This document shows positions 28,408 to 37,769 of a DNA stretch of 43,186 bases, piece after piece. The notes beneath the pieces are model-generated. The model saw only the letters and a program-made list of their open reading frames with translations, did not search any database and had not been told where the DNA came from. Numbering within the stretch: the first letter of the stretch is position 1; every line of letters begins with the position of its first letter. This DNA comes from an uncultured Candidatus Saccharibacteria bacterium (GTDB lineage: Bacteria > Patescibacteriota > WWE3 > 2-01-FULL-39-13 > JAACPI01), in NCBI GenBank assembly GCA_964435455.1, contig CAYSYH010000003.1, positions 1 through 43,186 of the forward strand. Reading direction: 5' to 3'. The position numbers and the translations under genes were made by a program.

Positions 28408-29076
28408 CTAATTGGCCTCCGACTTTGTATCAGAAACCAAATTTTGCACAGTATTATAAAGATTTACGGTATTCACTTGCATACCATTAACAAAAAAAGT
28501 GGGAGTGCCTCTTAAACCTAAAGACCGGGCGTAATCTAAATCTTCCTGTACTTTGGATTTTGTACTTTCAGATTCAAAATCTTGCTTAAACTGAGACTCA
28601 TTTAGATTTAAATCTTTAGCAATTTTAATAAAATCTTCTTTTTTTAAAGGGTTACTATTGTCTCTTTGTCGTTGATAAAGTAAATCGTGATATTCAAAAA
28701 ACTTCCCTTGTAAAGAGGCTGCCTCAGAAGCAACAGCAGCCTCAAAAGCATACTTATGTATACTAATTAACGGAAAATGCCTATAAATTATAGCGACCTC
28801 TTTTGAAAAGTCCTCATATATTTTATTCACAATTGGCTGTGCAGATTTGCACGCAGGACACTCAAAATCGCCAAACTCAACAACTATAACTTTGGCCATA
28901 TCTAGATTACCCTTTACATGAGGGGACGTACCCATAAGCTCTTCTAAGGGTATTTTTTTAGAATCTTCTTTAGAGGAATTTTGTTTTATTTTTTTAGAGG
29001 AAAAAAATACAATGCCAAATAATATAGCTACTGTAAAAACAGTAACAATAATATAAAAAATTTTATCTGAATTCAT
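28408..29076 (-). CDS. DsbA/BdbD-like thiol:disulfide oxidoreductase, membrane-anchored
   Basis: N-terminal TM segment, VVEFGDFECPACKS (CxxC), RGTPTFFVNG (cis-Pro loop). Confidence 0.8.
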   Translation of the reverse strand: MNSDKIFYIIVTVFTVAILFGIVFFSSKKIKQNSSKEDSKKIPLEELMGTSPHVKGNLDMAKVIVVEFGDFECPACKSAQPIVNKIYEDFSKEVAIIYRHFPLISIHKYAFEAAVASEAASLQGKFFEYHDLLYQRQRDNSNPLKKEDFIKIAKDLNLNESQFKQDFESESTKSKVQEDLDYARSLGLRGTPTFFVNGMQVNTVNLYNTVQNLVSDTKSEAN

Positions 29077-29815
29077 TTTTATTTAAATTTATTTTTAAAT
29101 ATCTATTAATTAATAATAACAATCCTACCAAAATAAAGCTATAAGATATATAAACTGTTAAATTTATTTCATTAAATTCAAATGTATCAAATTTAATTCT
29201 AAAAGGCTCTAAAATTAACCTAATAATTCCATAAAAGATTAAATACAAAGAAGAGTAGATACCAAACCCAATAGGTATTTTTAGCTTTTTATATAAAAAT
29301 AAAAATATAAAAAAAGCAAGTAAATCAAAAAATATTTCATAAAAAAATAAGGGGTGAAAATAATCATAGCTTTTGAATTTAGGATATCTATACCTTAAGG
29401 GTATATATATTTTAAAGAAAGAATTATTAGTAGGTAAACCATATAATTCTTTATTAAACCAATTTCCAAATCTACCAAAAACTTGAACAAAAAAAGCCCA
29501 AAATAAATAAATATCGGAGAGTATAAAAAAGTTTATATTTTTAATCTTTGAATAAATAAATATAAAAGAAAAACCAAGAAATATAGCACCAAAAATACCC
29601 AAACCACCCTGTCTTAAGTTAAATATCTGAGCGTAATTATTAGAATAATAATCCCAATAATCTAATACATGATACAAACGGGCACCTATTACAGAGGTCA
29701 ATAAAAGAAACAGGGAGGATTCCCAAAAAACGTCTTTATTTATTTTTTTAGAGATCATTTTTTCGGCAAATAATAAGGAAAAAATGGAAGAAAAGCCTAT
29801 TAAAAAACCATACAT
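29063..29815 (-). CDS. lgt: Prolipoprotein diacylglyceryl transferase
   Basis: GARLYHV, GGLGIFGAI, GRFGNWFNKELYG (Lgt signature). Overlaps the dsbA-like gene by 14 nt. Confidence 0.85.
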   Translation of the reverse strand: MYGFLIGFSSIFSLLFAEKMISKKINKDVFWESSLFLLLTSVIGARLYHVLDYWDYYSNNYAQIFNLRQGGLGIFGAIFLGFSFIFIYSKIKNINFFILSDIYLFWAFFVQVFGRFGNWFNKELYGLPTNNSFFKIYIPLRYRYPKFKSYDYFHPLFFYEIFFDLLAFFIFLFLYKKLKIPIGFGIYSSLYLIFYGIIRLILEPFRIKFDTFEFNEINLTVYISYSFILVGLLLLINRYLKINLNKNEFR

Positions 29816-29818
29816 ACT

Positions 29819-30796
29819 TTAAAGGTTAATTAATTTAATTTTAGGAGAAGGATAGTCATTTATAGATTTTAAAAAATTACCTTTTGTAGGTTCAATTTGT
29901 ATTATATTTATCGCATTCTTTATACCATATTCCAAAGCTTTTTTAATATTTTTAAACTCTATAAAACCAAATAAAAAGCCAGAACCAAAAGCATCTCCCG
30001 CCCCTAAAGAGTTAGTTACAGGAACTTTAAAACTGGATATATGCAAAACTTCAAAGGGGCTTATCAAAAAAGCCCCTCTTGAACCTAAGGTAATTAAAGT
30101 TATAAGATTCTTAAATTTTTTAAAATAAATAAGTAAATTTTTTAAATTATTCTCTGGTTTTAATTTTGAAAGTTTTAGTGCTTCTTCCAGATTTAAGCTT
30201 AAAATATCCACACTTTTTAAAACATTAACATCAAAATTTTTAACTTCGTTTAAACCCGGATTCCAAAAAACCTTTATTTGCATTTTTTTTAAAAATAAGA
30301 TAACTTCATACACATTCTTAAAATCTCCCCCCAAGTTTGTAATATATGCCCAGCTAGCTTTAGGTAATTTTTCAAAAGAATTAATAGATAAATCTTTACA
30401 AGCACCTCTATGTATCATAACAGTTCTTCCACCCTCCCTAGGAGACAAAATAACAGATAAAGCTGTTTTTTTATTAGGTAAAATTCTTAAATTAGAGGTA
30501 TCTACTTTATACTTTTTTAAATCCTCCAAAACAACAGAAGAAAATAAGTCATCACCTAAAAAAGAAACACAAGAAACATTTAAACCAAAATGGGATAAGG
30601 ATGCTGCAGTGTTAGTAGCACCACCACCGGTACTTAAAGTTAAATCCTCTATATTTATTTTACTGTCATAAATTTCACACAAGGCAAGGCCTGTTGAAAA
30701 AGAAGAATTTTTTACCACCTTAAATTTAGAAGATTTTAAAATTAAGTCTACAGTAGCAGACCCTAAAGTAATAACATCAAAAATATTTTTGGGCAT
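29819..30796 (-). CDS. PfkB-family carbohydrate/nucleoside kinase
   Basis: STGGGATNTAAS and SLGAGDAFGSGF (PfkB signatures 1 and 2). TATACT (minus strand, 30804-30809) lies 7 nt upstream of the ATG. Confidence 0.8.
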   Translation of the reverse strand: MPKNIFDVITLGSATVDLILKSSKFKVVKNSSFSTGLALCEIYDSKINIEDLTLSTGGGATNTAASLSHFGLNVSCVSFLGDDLFSSVVLEDLKKYKVDTSNLRILPNKKTALSVILSPREGGRTVMIHRGACKDLSINSFEKLPKASWAYITNLGGDFKNVYEVILFLKKMQIKVFWNPGLNEVKNFDVNVLKSVDILSLNLEEALKLSKLKPENNLKNLLIYFKKFKNLITLITLGSRGAFLISPFEVLHISSFKVPVTNSLGAGDAFGSGFLFGFIEFKNIKKALEYGIKNAINIIQIEPTKGNFLKSINDYPSPKIKLINL

Positions 30797-30914
30797 TAAT
30801 TAAAGTATATACATTATTTTAAACTTTTTAAATACACCAAAACAAGTATAAATTAATATTGGATTTTCAATCAAAAAAGCAATATAATTAAAACATTATA
30901 AAGTTTATTTTTAT

Positions 30915-31241
30915 ATGGAAGAAACATCTAAACAACCAAAAAACAACCAATACGACGAAAACATTATAGCTGCTTTGGCTTATATAATTTTCTTTTTACC
31001 TCTTATACTTACTCCTAAATCCAAATTAGGCAGATACCACGCTACTCAGGGATTTAATTTATTTTTATACTTTTTAGTCGTAAATATATTTTTAAGCATA
31101 ATACCAATAGTAGGGTGGATTTTATTACCCTTTGCTTTATTGTTTGGAATAGTACTATTAGTTATGGGGTTTTCTAATGCTTATAAGGGACTAAAAAAAC
31201 CACTTCCTGTAATAGGAAGTTATAAAATAGTCCAATTCTAA
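30915..31241 (+). CDS. DUF4870-like small membrane protein
   Basis: IIAALAYIIFFLPLIL..KS..HATQGFNLFL pattern plus 3 TM segments. Recognised from memory of DUF4870. Confidence 0.5.
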   Translation: MEETSKQPKNNQYDENIIAALAYIIFFLPLILTPKSKLGRYHATQGFNLFLYFLVVNIFLSIIPIVGWILLPFALLFGIVLLVMGFSNAYKGLKKPLPVIGSYKIVQF

Positions 31242-31280
31242 AAACCCTAAAAACAAAAAACTATATAAATCTAATTTAAG

Positions 31281-33140
31281 ATGAATTACAAAAAAGCTAA
31301 GGTTGGAGATTTGTTAAAATTAAGTATAAAGGATATAGTAAAACTCCCTAAAAATGACCAAATTAACATTTTAGAAAAACTAATACACTACCATAATGTA
31401 AAATATTTCATAGAGAACAATCCAGTTATTTCAGATGAGGAATTTGATGAATTAACAAGGTTGTTAAAAAAACTTAAGCCAGATTCTCCTGTACTTTTTG
31501 AAATTGTAGGGGAAATAGGCAATGTAATACATCCAGAACCAATGTTATCCATAGATAAAAAGTTTACATATGAAGAAATTAGGAAATGGATAGAAGAAAC
31601 AAATGACACAAGCTATATAGTAGAACCTAAATATGACGGCATGGCAGCAAGATACCAAAATGGAATATTATCGACAAGAGGAAACGGATATATAGGAGAA
31701 AATATCTCGGACAGGTTACCTTACCTAACAATTAAAGGAACTTTACCTAAAAATCCCAATGTATCAGTATACGGGGAAGTAGTAATACCGTTATCATATT
31801 TTGACAAATATTTATATAAAGAATATAAAAACCCGCGAAATGCTGTTGTAGGAATAATGAAAGCCAAAAAAATAAAACCCACCGGCATTAAAGCACTGCT
31901 AGATGGAGCAATACATTTTGTAATATACGACCAAAATTTTGCCGAAACAGTAAAAAAAAAGGATTTATTAGATGAAGAAACATGGGAAAGCATTTTAGAG
32001 GAAGTATTAAGGGTAGATTACCCTTTAGACGGGGTTGTTATAAAAGTTAAGGATAAAAAATTAAGAGAAAAGCTTGGATATACCCAACATCACGCAAGAT
32101 GGCAAATAGCATACAAAATGCCTGCAGAAAGAAAATGGACTAAAGTAAAAGCCATAATAGCAAGTGTAGGTAGAACTGGAAGGGTAACCAATATAGCGGT
32201 AATAAAACCAGTAGAACTAAGTGGAGCTACCATAACAAATGTAACACTACACAACTATGATTTTGTAATAAAAAGTAGAATAGGTATAGGATCTAAAGTT
32301 CAGGTTACAAGATCAGGGGAAGTAATACCTTTTATTACTGCTGTAAAACCTGCTAAAAAGCCATATAAGCCGCCCACAAGATGCCCTATATGTAATACCA
32401 GGTTAACAATAGAGGGTAAATATCTAGTATGCCCAAATAAAAATTGCCCTGCGCGGTTAGCACAAAGTATTGAATATTTCTTTAAATCTCTAGGGGCAGA
32501 ATGGCTTGGTATAAAAACCATAGAAACTTTAATGAGTAATTTAAAACTTAAAAATGTAATTGATTTTTACAATATAAAAAAATCTGATATTGCTAAAATA
32601 CCTGGTTTTGGCGAAAAATCAGCTAAGAATATAATTAATTCTATAAAAAATACTTTAAAAAGTACTGTAACCCCGTATCAACTGTTGCAAGCTTTAGGAA
32701 TAAAATACATAGGACCTGCCGCCAGCAGGTGGATAATAAATAACTATGGTTTTGAAAATCTTCCTAAACTTAAGATAGAAGACTTAACAAAAATCAAAGG
32801 TATTGGACCTGAGAAAGCAGAAAAATTTGTTAAAGAAATTAAAGAAAAGTGGTGGATTGTAGAGGAATTAAAAAAGAGAGGGTTGCACTTTAAAAAGAGC
32901 AAAAAAACAAGTAAATTAAAAGGACTAAAGTTTTGCATAACAGGTAAAAAAGGGGATCTTTCAAGAGAAGAATTAATTGAATTAATCAATCAAAATGGTG
33001 GGGAATATAAAAGCAACGTAACCAAAGATTTAGACTACTTAATCGCAGGGGAAAATGCTGGATCTAAAATACAAAAAGCAAAAAAATATAAAGTTAAAAT
33101 CATATCTGAAAAAGATTTTTTAGAAATGATAAACAAATAA
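31281..33140 (+). CDS. ligA: NAD-dependent DNA ligase
   Basis: Domain Ia (YHNVKYFIENNPVISDEEFDEL), adenylation VEPKYDGMA (KxDG), Zn finger CPICN..CPNKNCPA, HhH repeats, C-terminal BRCT (FCITGK..DYLIAGENAGSK). Confidence 0.9.
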   Translation: MNYKKAKVGDLLKLSIKDIVKLPKNDQINILEKLIHYHNVKYFIENNPVISDEEFDELTRLLKKLKPDSPVLFEIVGEIGNVIHPEPMLSIDKKFTYEEIRKWIEETNDTSYIVEPKYDGMAARYQNGILSTRGNGYIGENISDRLPYLTIKGTLPKNPNVSVYGEVVIPLSYFDKYLYKEYKNPRNAVVGIMKAKKIKPTGIKALLDGAIHFVIYDQNFAETVKKKDLLDEETWESILEEVLRVDYPLDGVVIKVKDKKLREKLGYTQHHARWQIAYKMPAERKWTKVKAIIASVGRTGRVTNIAVIKPVELSGATITNVTLHNYDFVIKSRIGIGSKVQVTRSGEVIPFITAVKPAKKPYKPPTRCPICNTRLTIEGKYLVCPNKNCPARLAQSIEYFFKSLGAEWLGIKTIETLMSNLKLKNVIDFYNIKKSDIAKIPGFGEKSAKNIINSIKNTLKSTVTPYQLLQALGIKYIGPAASRWIINNYGFENLPKLKIEDLTKIKGIGPEKAEKFVKEIKEKWWIVEELKKRGLHFKKSKKTSKLKGLKFCITGKKGDLSREELIELINQNGGEYKSNVTKDLDYLIAGENAGSKIQKAKKYKVKIISEKDFLEMINK

Positions 33141-33141
33141 A

Positions 33142-34083
33142 ATGAAAAAACTCTTAATTATAGATTTTTTTAATTTAATGCATAGGGCTTTTCATGCATA
33201 CCCTAAAAATTTTAAGACATCTACAGGAATACCAACAAACGCTGTATATGGTTTTACAAACTTATTGCTTACATATATAGAAAAAATTAAGCCTACACAT
33301 TTGGTAGTGGCTTATGAGGACGATGAGGAGCCTACAATAAGAAGCACGGAATATAAAGAATACAAGGCAAACAGAACATGGGCACAAAAACATCCAGAAG
33401 AGGCAGAAATGTTTTATAGCCAGGTACCATATGCTCTAGAAATATTAAATGCTTTGAAAATACCATATATAAAAAGTAATGGTTATGAAGCCGATGATAT
33501 AATTGGCACAATAGCTACTAAAATACCAAAAGACACAGAAGTAATTATATTAAGTAATGATCAAGATTTTCTACAGTTAACAAAATTACCAAATATAAAA
33601 GTTTTACGCCCAGCAAGACCTCCCTACATTAAAGAAAAATTATTTGATAAAAAAGAAGTTGTTAAAAAATTTGGATTTGAACCAGAGAAAATACCTGATT
33701 ATAAAGGGTTAAGGGGAGACCCAAGTGATAATATACCAGGAGTAAAAGGCATAGGAGACAAAACAGCTAAAAACCTATTAAAAGAGTATAGAAATATTGA
33801 GGATATTTATAAAAATTTAGACAAAATACAACCTGCAAGAGTAAAAGATTTATTAAAAAAGCATAAAAAAGAAGCTTTAATAAGTAAAAAATTAGCAATA
33901 ATAAATACCAACTGCCCTATAGGATTTAACTTAGATTCTTTAAAATTAAGAAAAATAAATACAAAAAAAGCAGAAGATATTCTTAAAAAATTAGAATTTA
34001 AAAGCTTAGTTAAAAAAATGCAAACCGTATTTAAACCGGTTACTCCCAAAAACAACCTTAATCAAGCTCCACTATTTAAGTAA
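33142..34083 (+). CDS. Stand-alone 5'-3' exonuclease / flap endonuclease (Pol I N-terminal-domain homologue)
   Basis: LIIDFFNLMHRAFHA, GYEADDIIGT, SNDQDFLQL, GLRGDPSDNIPGVKGIGDKTA. No polymerase domain. Starts 1 nt after the ligA stop. Confidence 0.85.
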   Translation: MKKLLIIDFFNLMHRAFHAYPKNFKTSTGIPTNAVYGFTNLLLTYIEKIKPTHLVVAYEDDEEPTIRSTEYKEYKANRTWAQKHPEEAEMFYSQVPYALEILNALKIPYIKSNGYEADDIIGTIATKIPKDTEVIILSNDQDFLQLTKLPNIKVLRPARPPYIKEKLFDKKEVVKKFGFEPEKIPDYKGLRGDPSDNIPGVKGIGDKTAKNLLKEYRNIEDIYKNLDKIQPARVKDLLKKHKKEALISKKLAIINTNCPIGFNLDSLKLRKINTKKAEDILKKLEFKSLVKKMQTVFKPVTPKNNLNQAPLFK

Positions 34084-34133
34084 CTTTGTCAAAATAAATA
34101 AGAACCCTTAAAATTTAAAAAATAAACAAAACA

Positions 34134-34161
34134 TTGAAAAAAAAGCAAAGTATACTAGAAT
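34134..34161 (+). promoter_or_regulatory. Putative promoter TTGAAA-16 nt-TAGAAT for tRNA-Phe
   Basis: TTGAAA at 34134-34139 and TAGAAT at 34156-34161. The tRNA 5' end is at 34174. Confidence 0.35.
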
Positions 34162-34173
34162 TTTGGTATAAAC

Positions 34174-34249
34174 GGTGAGGTAGCCAAGGTGGTCACGGCA
34201 CCGGTCTGAAAAACCGGCGATGTGAGTTCGACTCTCACCCTCACCACCA
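34174..34249 (+). tRNA. tRNA-Phe (anticodon GAA), CCA encoded
   Basis: Hand-folded cloverleaf. Acceptor GGTGAGG/CCTCACC. Anticodon stem CCGGT/ACCGG with loop CTGAAAA. T arm GTGAG-TTCGACT-CTCAC. Discriminator A then CCA. This is the only GC-rich island in the window. Confidence 0.85.
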
Positions 34250-34296
34250 AAAAAACTACAAAACTCCAAATATAGATATGCTTTTATAATAAAAAA

Positions 34297-34325
34297 TTGC
34301 TAAAATGAAGAACAATAAGTAATAT
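34297..34325 (+). promoter_or_regulatory. Sigma70-type promoter TTGCTA-17 nt-TAATAT, with the -10 ending 7 nt before ATG 34333
   Basis: TTGCTA at 34297-34302 and TAATAT at 34320-34325, no SD. Confidence 0.45.
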
Positions 34326-34332
34326 TTAACAA

Positions 34333-34983
34333 ATGACAAAAAAACAACGTGTTTTAAAAATCCTAGATATATTAGAAAAGGAATACCCCAACGCCAAAAC
34401 AGAATTAAACTGGGATAGGCAATACCCCTTTCAATTAATTGTTGCTGTAATACTTTCAGCACAAGCTACGGATAACGGGGTTAATAAAGCCACAAAAGAA
34501 CTATTTAAAAAATACAAAACACCCAAAGACTTTGCACAGGCAAAATATTCGGATTTATTAAAATACACAAAAACTATAAATTATTATAAAACTAAGACAC
34601 AAAGAATAATTAACAACGCACAAGCTTTAATAACTTTATTTGGTGGAGATATACCTAAAAAAATAAGCGATTTAGTCAAGTTACCCGGTATTGGCAGAAA
34701 AAGTGCAAACGTTATTTTACAAGAAGTTTACGGTATAGGAGAAGGAATAGTGGTAGATACACACGTAACCAGAGTTACATATAGGTTAGGGCTACAACCT
34801 TATAACAATCAAAAGTACGCCGAAAAGATTGAAGAAATATTAAAAAAGATAGTACCCAAAAACAAGTATAAAATATTTAGCAGAGTAATTGTTCTTCATG
34901 GAAGATATGTATGCAAAGCTCAAAAACCTAGTTGCGAAAACTGCAAAATAAACCATTTGTGCCCTAGCGCATTTAAAGTTTAA
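34333..34983 (+). CDS. nth: Endonuclease III (DNA-(apurinic or apyrimidinic site) lyase)
   Basis: HhH-GPD LPGIGRKSANVIL, VVDTHV, 4Fe-4S cluster loop CKAQKPSCENCKINHLC. Confidence 0.9.
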   Translation: MTKKQRVLKILDILEKEYPNAKTELNWDRQYPFQLIVAVILSAQATDNGVNKATKELFKKYKTPKDFAQAKYSDLLKYTKTINYYKTKTQRIINNAQALITLFGGDIPKKISDLVKLPGIGRKSANVILQEVYGIGEGIVVDTHVTRVTYRLGLQPYNNQKYAEKIEEILKKIVPKNKYKIFSRVIVLHGRYVCKAQKPSCENCKINHLCPSAFKV

Positions 34984-35000
34984 TCTGATATACTTAATAT

Positions 35001-35798
35001 ATGCTAACATTACTTAAAAAATCTCTTTTAGATAGAGATTTTTATAAAAGTGACTATAAAAAAATAGGTATAAAAAATACTCTTCTATATATCTTTTTTG
35101 TATCCTTTTTAGCCTCATTAATTATAGCACCTATAATTACAATCGAGACTGTAAAAACTTTTATACAAATAAAAAATCAAATACTAAAGGTACCCCCCAA
35201 AATTCAAATTGAGTTATCTAAAAAGGGTTTATCAACAAGTATTAAGGAACCTTTAGTATTTAAAATTGATAATGCTCTAATAGTTATTGACCCAAATACA
35301 AAATATAAACCTAAAAAAAATGGCGTTACAATAGTTTTAAGAAAAAAAGGTTTTGTAACCTATAAAAATAAGAGGATAATAGATCAAAAAACATATGCGT
35401 TTTTTGGAGTAACTTTAAAAACAACTTTTGATGAAATACAAAAAGGTTTAAAAAATATTACTGCAAGGGCCATTACAATAAATGTATTTTTAGGAGCACT
35501 AATTATACTAACAATACTAATATTCATACAAATTATATTTTTAAGTATATTTGTGAGTATACCTTACTTTCTTATTCTAAAAGGTTTGTTTAGAGTAAAT
35601 ATAAATTTTTTGCAAATTTTTAAAAGATTCAGTTTTTTAAGCACTTATTTTATTATAGGATATTTAATAACATTTATGCTAAAAGCATTAGGATTTCCTA
35701 CAATTGTAAATTGGGGATTAGTTCTTTTTACGCTAGCATATTTTTTTCTTGCAGCGGTACCCGTACAAAAAAATAAAGATAATTTGAGGAATAAATAA
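35001..35798 (+). CDS. DUF1189 (YvdJ-like) membrane protein
   Basis: The N-terminus LLKKSLLDRDFYKS..IGIKNTLLYIFFVSFLASLI resembles my memory of DUF1189 N-termini. 5 TM segments. Not HMM-verified. Confidence 0.45.
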   Translation: MLTLLKKSLLDRDFYKSDYKKIGIKNTLLYIFFVSFLASLIIAPIITIETVKTFIQIKNQILKVPPKIQIELSKKGLSTSIKEPLVFKIDNALIVIDPNTKYKPKKNGVTIVLRKKGFVTYKNKRIIDQKTYAFFGVTLKTTFDEIQKGLKNITARAITINVFLGALIILTILIFIQIIFLSIFVSIPYFLILKGLFRVNINFLQIFKRFSFLSTYFIIGYLITFMLKALGFPTIVNWGLVLFTLAYFFLAAVPVQKNKDNLRNK

Positions 35799-35801
35799 TT
35801 T

Positions 35802-36905
35802 ATGGGTTACAAAGTTGCCATAATACACGACTATTTAAACGATTATGGAGGAGCTGAAAAACTAGTAAATGCTATATATCAAATTTATCCTAAAGCACAT
35901 ATATATACCGCAATAAAAGATGAAAAAAAATTGCAAAATGCAGGAGTATTTATAAACGCCCATATACAGTCTCCAAAAACAAATGGGATATTAAAGTTTT
36001 TTAAAAAATTTTTTATTTTTAGTTACCCTATTTACTTTGAAAGTTTGGATTTAAGCCAATACAATCTAGTAATAAGTAGCACCGCACACTTTGCTAAGGG
36101 AGTTATTACAAAACCAAAAACCTTACATATATCCTATATACACACACCACCAAGATTTTTATGGGGATATAAAACAGAAACAAGTATAAGGGACAAATGG
36201 TGGGCAAAAACACCTTTAAAATTTTTTGATAGTTATTTGAGAATATGGGACTATGCGGCAGCCCAAAGACCAGACTATTTACTAACTAACTCTATAAATA
36301 CTCAAAAAAGAATTAAAAAGTTTTATAAAAGAGATTCAAAAATAATCTACCCTTTTTACGATTTTACTTTAAATGAAGAAAAAATCAAAAAAATAAAACC
36401 TAAATTAGGAAATTATTATTTTACAATTTCACGTAAAGGGAAATATAAAAATCTGGATTTTCTGGCTAGAGAGTTTAAAAGGTTAAAAAAAACATTATAT
36501 ATTGCAGGATCAGGATCGTTAGATCCTAATATTAAAAAGTACCAAGGAAAATATATAAAGATTTTAGGATTCATAAAAGAAGAAAAAAAAATAGCATACC
36601 TAAAAGGCTGTAAAGCTTTGGTATTAGCAACAGAAAATGAAGATTTTGGAATAACTCCTTTAGAAGCAATGTTTTTTGGAAAACCAGTAATAGCATTAAA
36701 TAGCGGGGGCTTTAGGGAAACGGTAATAAACAAAAAAACTGGACTGCTTTTTAATTATTTAACCAGCAAAAGCTTTTTAAATACTTTTAAAGATTTTGAA
36801 TCCATCAAATTTAATAAAGATATAATTAAAAAACACGCGGCTAGATTTTCTAAAAAAGAATTTCAAAAACAATTTAAAGAATTTGTAGAAAAAGTAAGGA
36901 AATAA
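35802..36905 (+). CDS. GT-B fold glycosyltransferase (family 4 / group 1)
   Basis: MGYKVAIIHDYLNDYGGAEK N-terminus and the C-terminal E..EDFGITPLEAMFFGKPVIA..GGFRETV motif. Confidence 0.8.
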   Translation: MGYKVAIIHDYLNDYGGAEKLVNAIYQIYPKAHIYTAIKDEKKLQNAGVFINAHIQSPKTNGILKFFKKFFIFSYPIYFESLDLSQYNLVISSTAHFAKGVITKPKTLHISYIHTPPRFLWGYKTETSIRDKWWAKTPLKFFDSYLRIWDYAAAQRPDYLLTNSINTQKRIKKFYKRDSKIIYPFYDFTLNEEKIKKIKPKLGNYYFTISRKGKYKNLDFLAREFKRLKKTLYIAGSGSLDPNIKKYQGKYIKILGFIKEEKKIAYLKGCKALVLATENEDFGITPLEAMFFGKPVIALNSGGFRETVINKKTGLLFNYLTSKSFLNTFKDFESIKFNKDIIKKHAARFSKKEFQKQFKEFVEKVRK

Positions 36906-36910
36906 ACAAA

Positions 36911-37714
36911 ATGCCAGAACTCCCTGAAGTTATAACTATAACAAAAGATTTAGAAAAAGAACTAAAAAACAAAAAAATATATAAAATATATAGTTACTCA
37001 AAGTATCCTTTAAAACCCAATAAAAAAATATTTTGTAAAGCAACATTAAATTCTAAAGTCACAAAAGTAGGAAATATAGCAAAACTTATTTATATAAAAC
37101 TTTCCTCTAATTATTTTATAGCTACACATTTAAATATGACCGGTAGGCTTTTATATAATACTAAAGATAAATATATAAAAATAGGATTGGAGTTTAAAAC
37201 AGGAGATATTTTATATTATTCAACTGTAAGAATGTTTGGATATTTTGAGGTGTGGGATAAAAATAAAATTACAAAATACAAGAAGAAATACGGGCCTACA
37301 CCACTAAATAAAAAATTAAGCTTGGAAGTATTTACAAAAAAAATAAAATCTACAAATACATATATAAAAAACGCTCTACTAAATCAAAAATTAATAAGTG
37401 GAATAGGAAACATATATGCAAACGATGCTCTGTTTTTAAGTAGCATTAACCCTAAAAAGAAAACGGGTGATTTAAGTGATGAAGAGTACAAAAGATTGTT
37501 TAAAAATATAAAAATAGTTTTAAAAGAAGGCTTAAAACATAGAGGAAGTACCATTGATAGATTTACAGATATTTACGGAAAATCAGGAAAGCATCAAAAT
37601 TTCTTTAAAATATACGGTAAAAAACATCAAAAATGCCCAAAATGCACTACTTTAATAAAATTTGAAAAATTGGGGGGAAGAGGTACATTTTACTGCCCTA
37701 AGTGTCAAAAGTAA
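36911..37714 (+). CDS. mutM: Formamidopyrimidine-DNA glycosylase
   Basis: MPELPEV N-terminus (catalytic Pro2/Glu3), H2TH GIGNIYANDALF, C-terminal zinc finger CPKC..CPKCQ. Confidence 0.85.
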   Translation: MPELPEVITITKDLEKELKNKKIYKIYSYSKYPLKPNKKIFCKATLNSKVTKVGNIAKLIYIKLSSNYFIATHLNMTGRLLYNTKDKYIKIGLEFKTGDILYYSTVRMFGYFEVWDKNKITKYKKKYGPTPLNKKLSLEVFTKKIKSTNTYIKNALLNQKLISGIGNIYANDALFLSSINPKKKTGDLSDEEYKRLFKNIKIVLKEGLKHRGSTIDRFTDIYGKSGKHQNFFKIYGKKHQKCPKCTTLIKFEKLGGRGTFYCPKCQK

Positions 37715-37769
37715 TATAATCAAACCACCACATACTATACAATAAAGTAAAAACTAATAATTTAAAATT

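Noticed and set aside
30797-30914. Replication origin at the major minus-to-plus strand switch, with about 20 kb of minus-strand genes to the left and about 8.7 kb of plus-strand genes to the right.
   Set aside because: The intergenic region is only 118 bp. It has no TTATCCACA-like DnaA boxes (the best partial match is ttggatttt), there is no dnaA or dnaN nearby, and I could not compute GC skew. It is more simply a divergent promoter region.
34256-34462. 68-aa minus-strand ORF between tRNA-Phe and nth.
   Set aside because: It overlaps the nth promoter and the first 43 codons of nth, which has unambiguous motifs. The sequence is hydrophobic and low-complexity, with no start-codon context.
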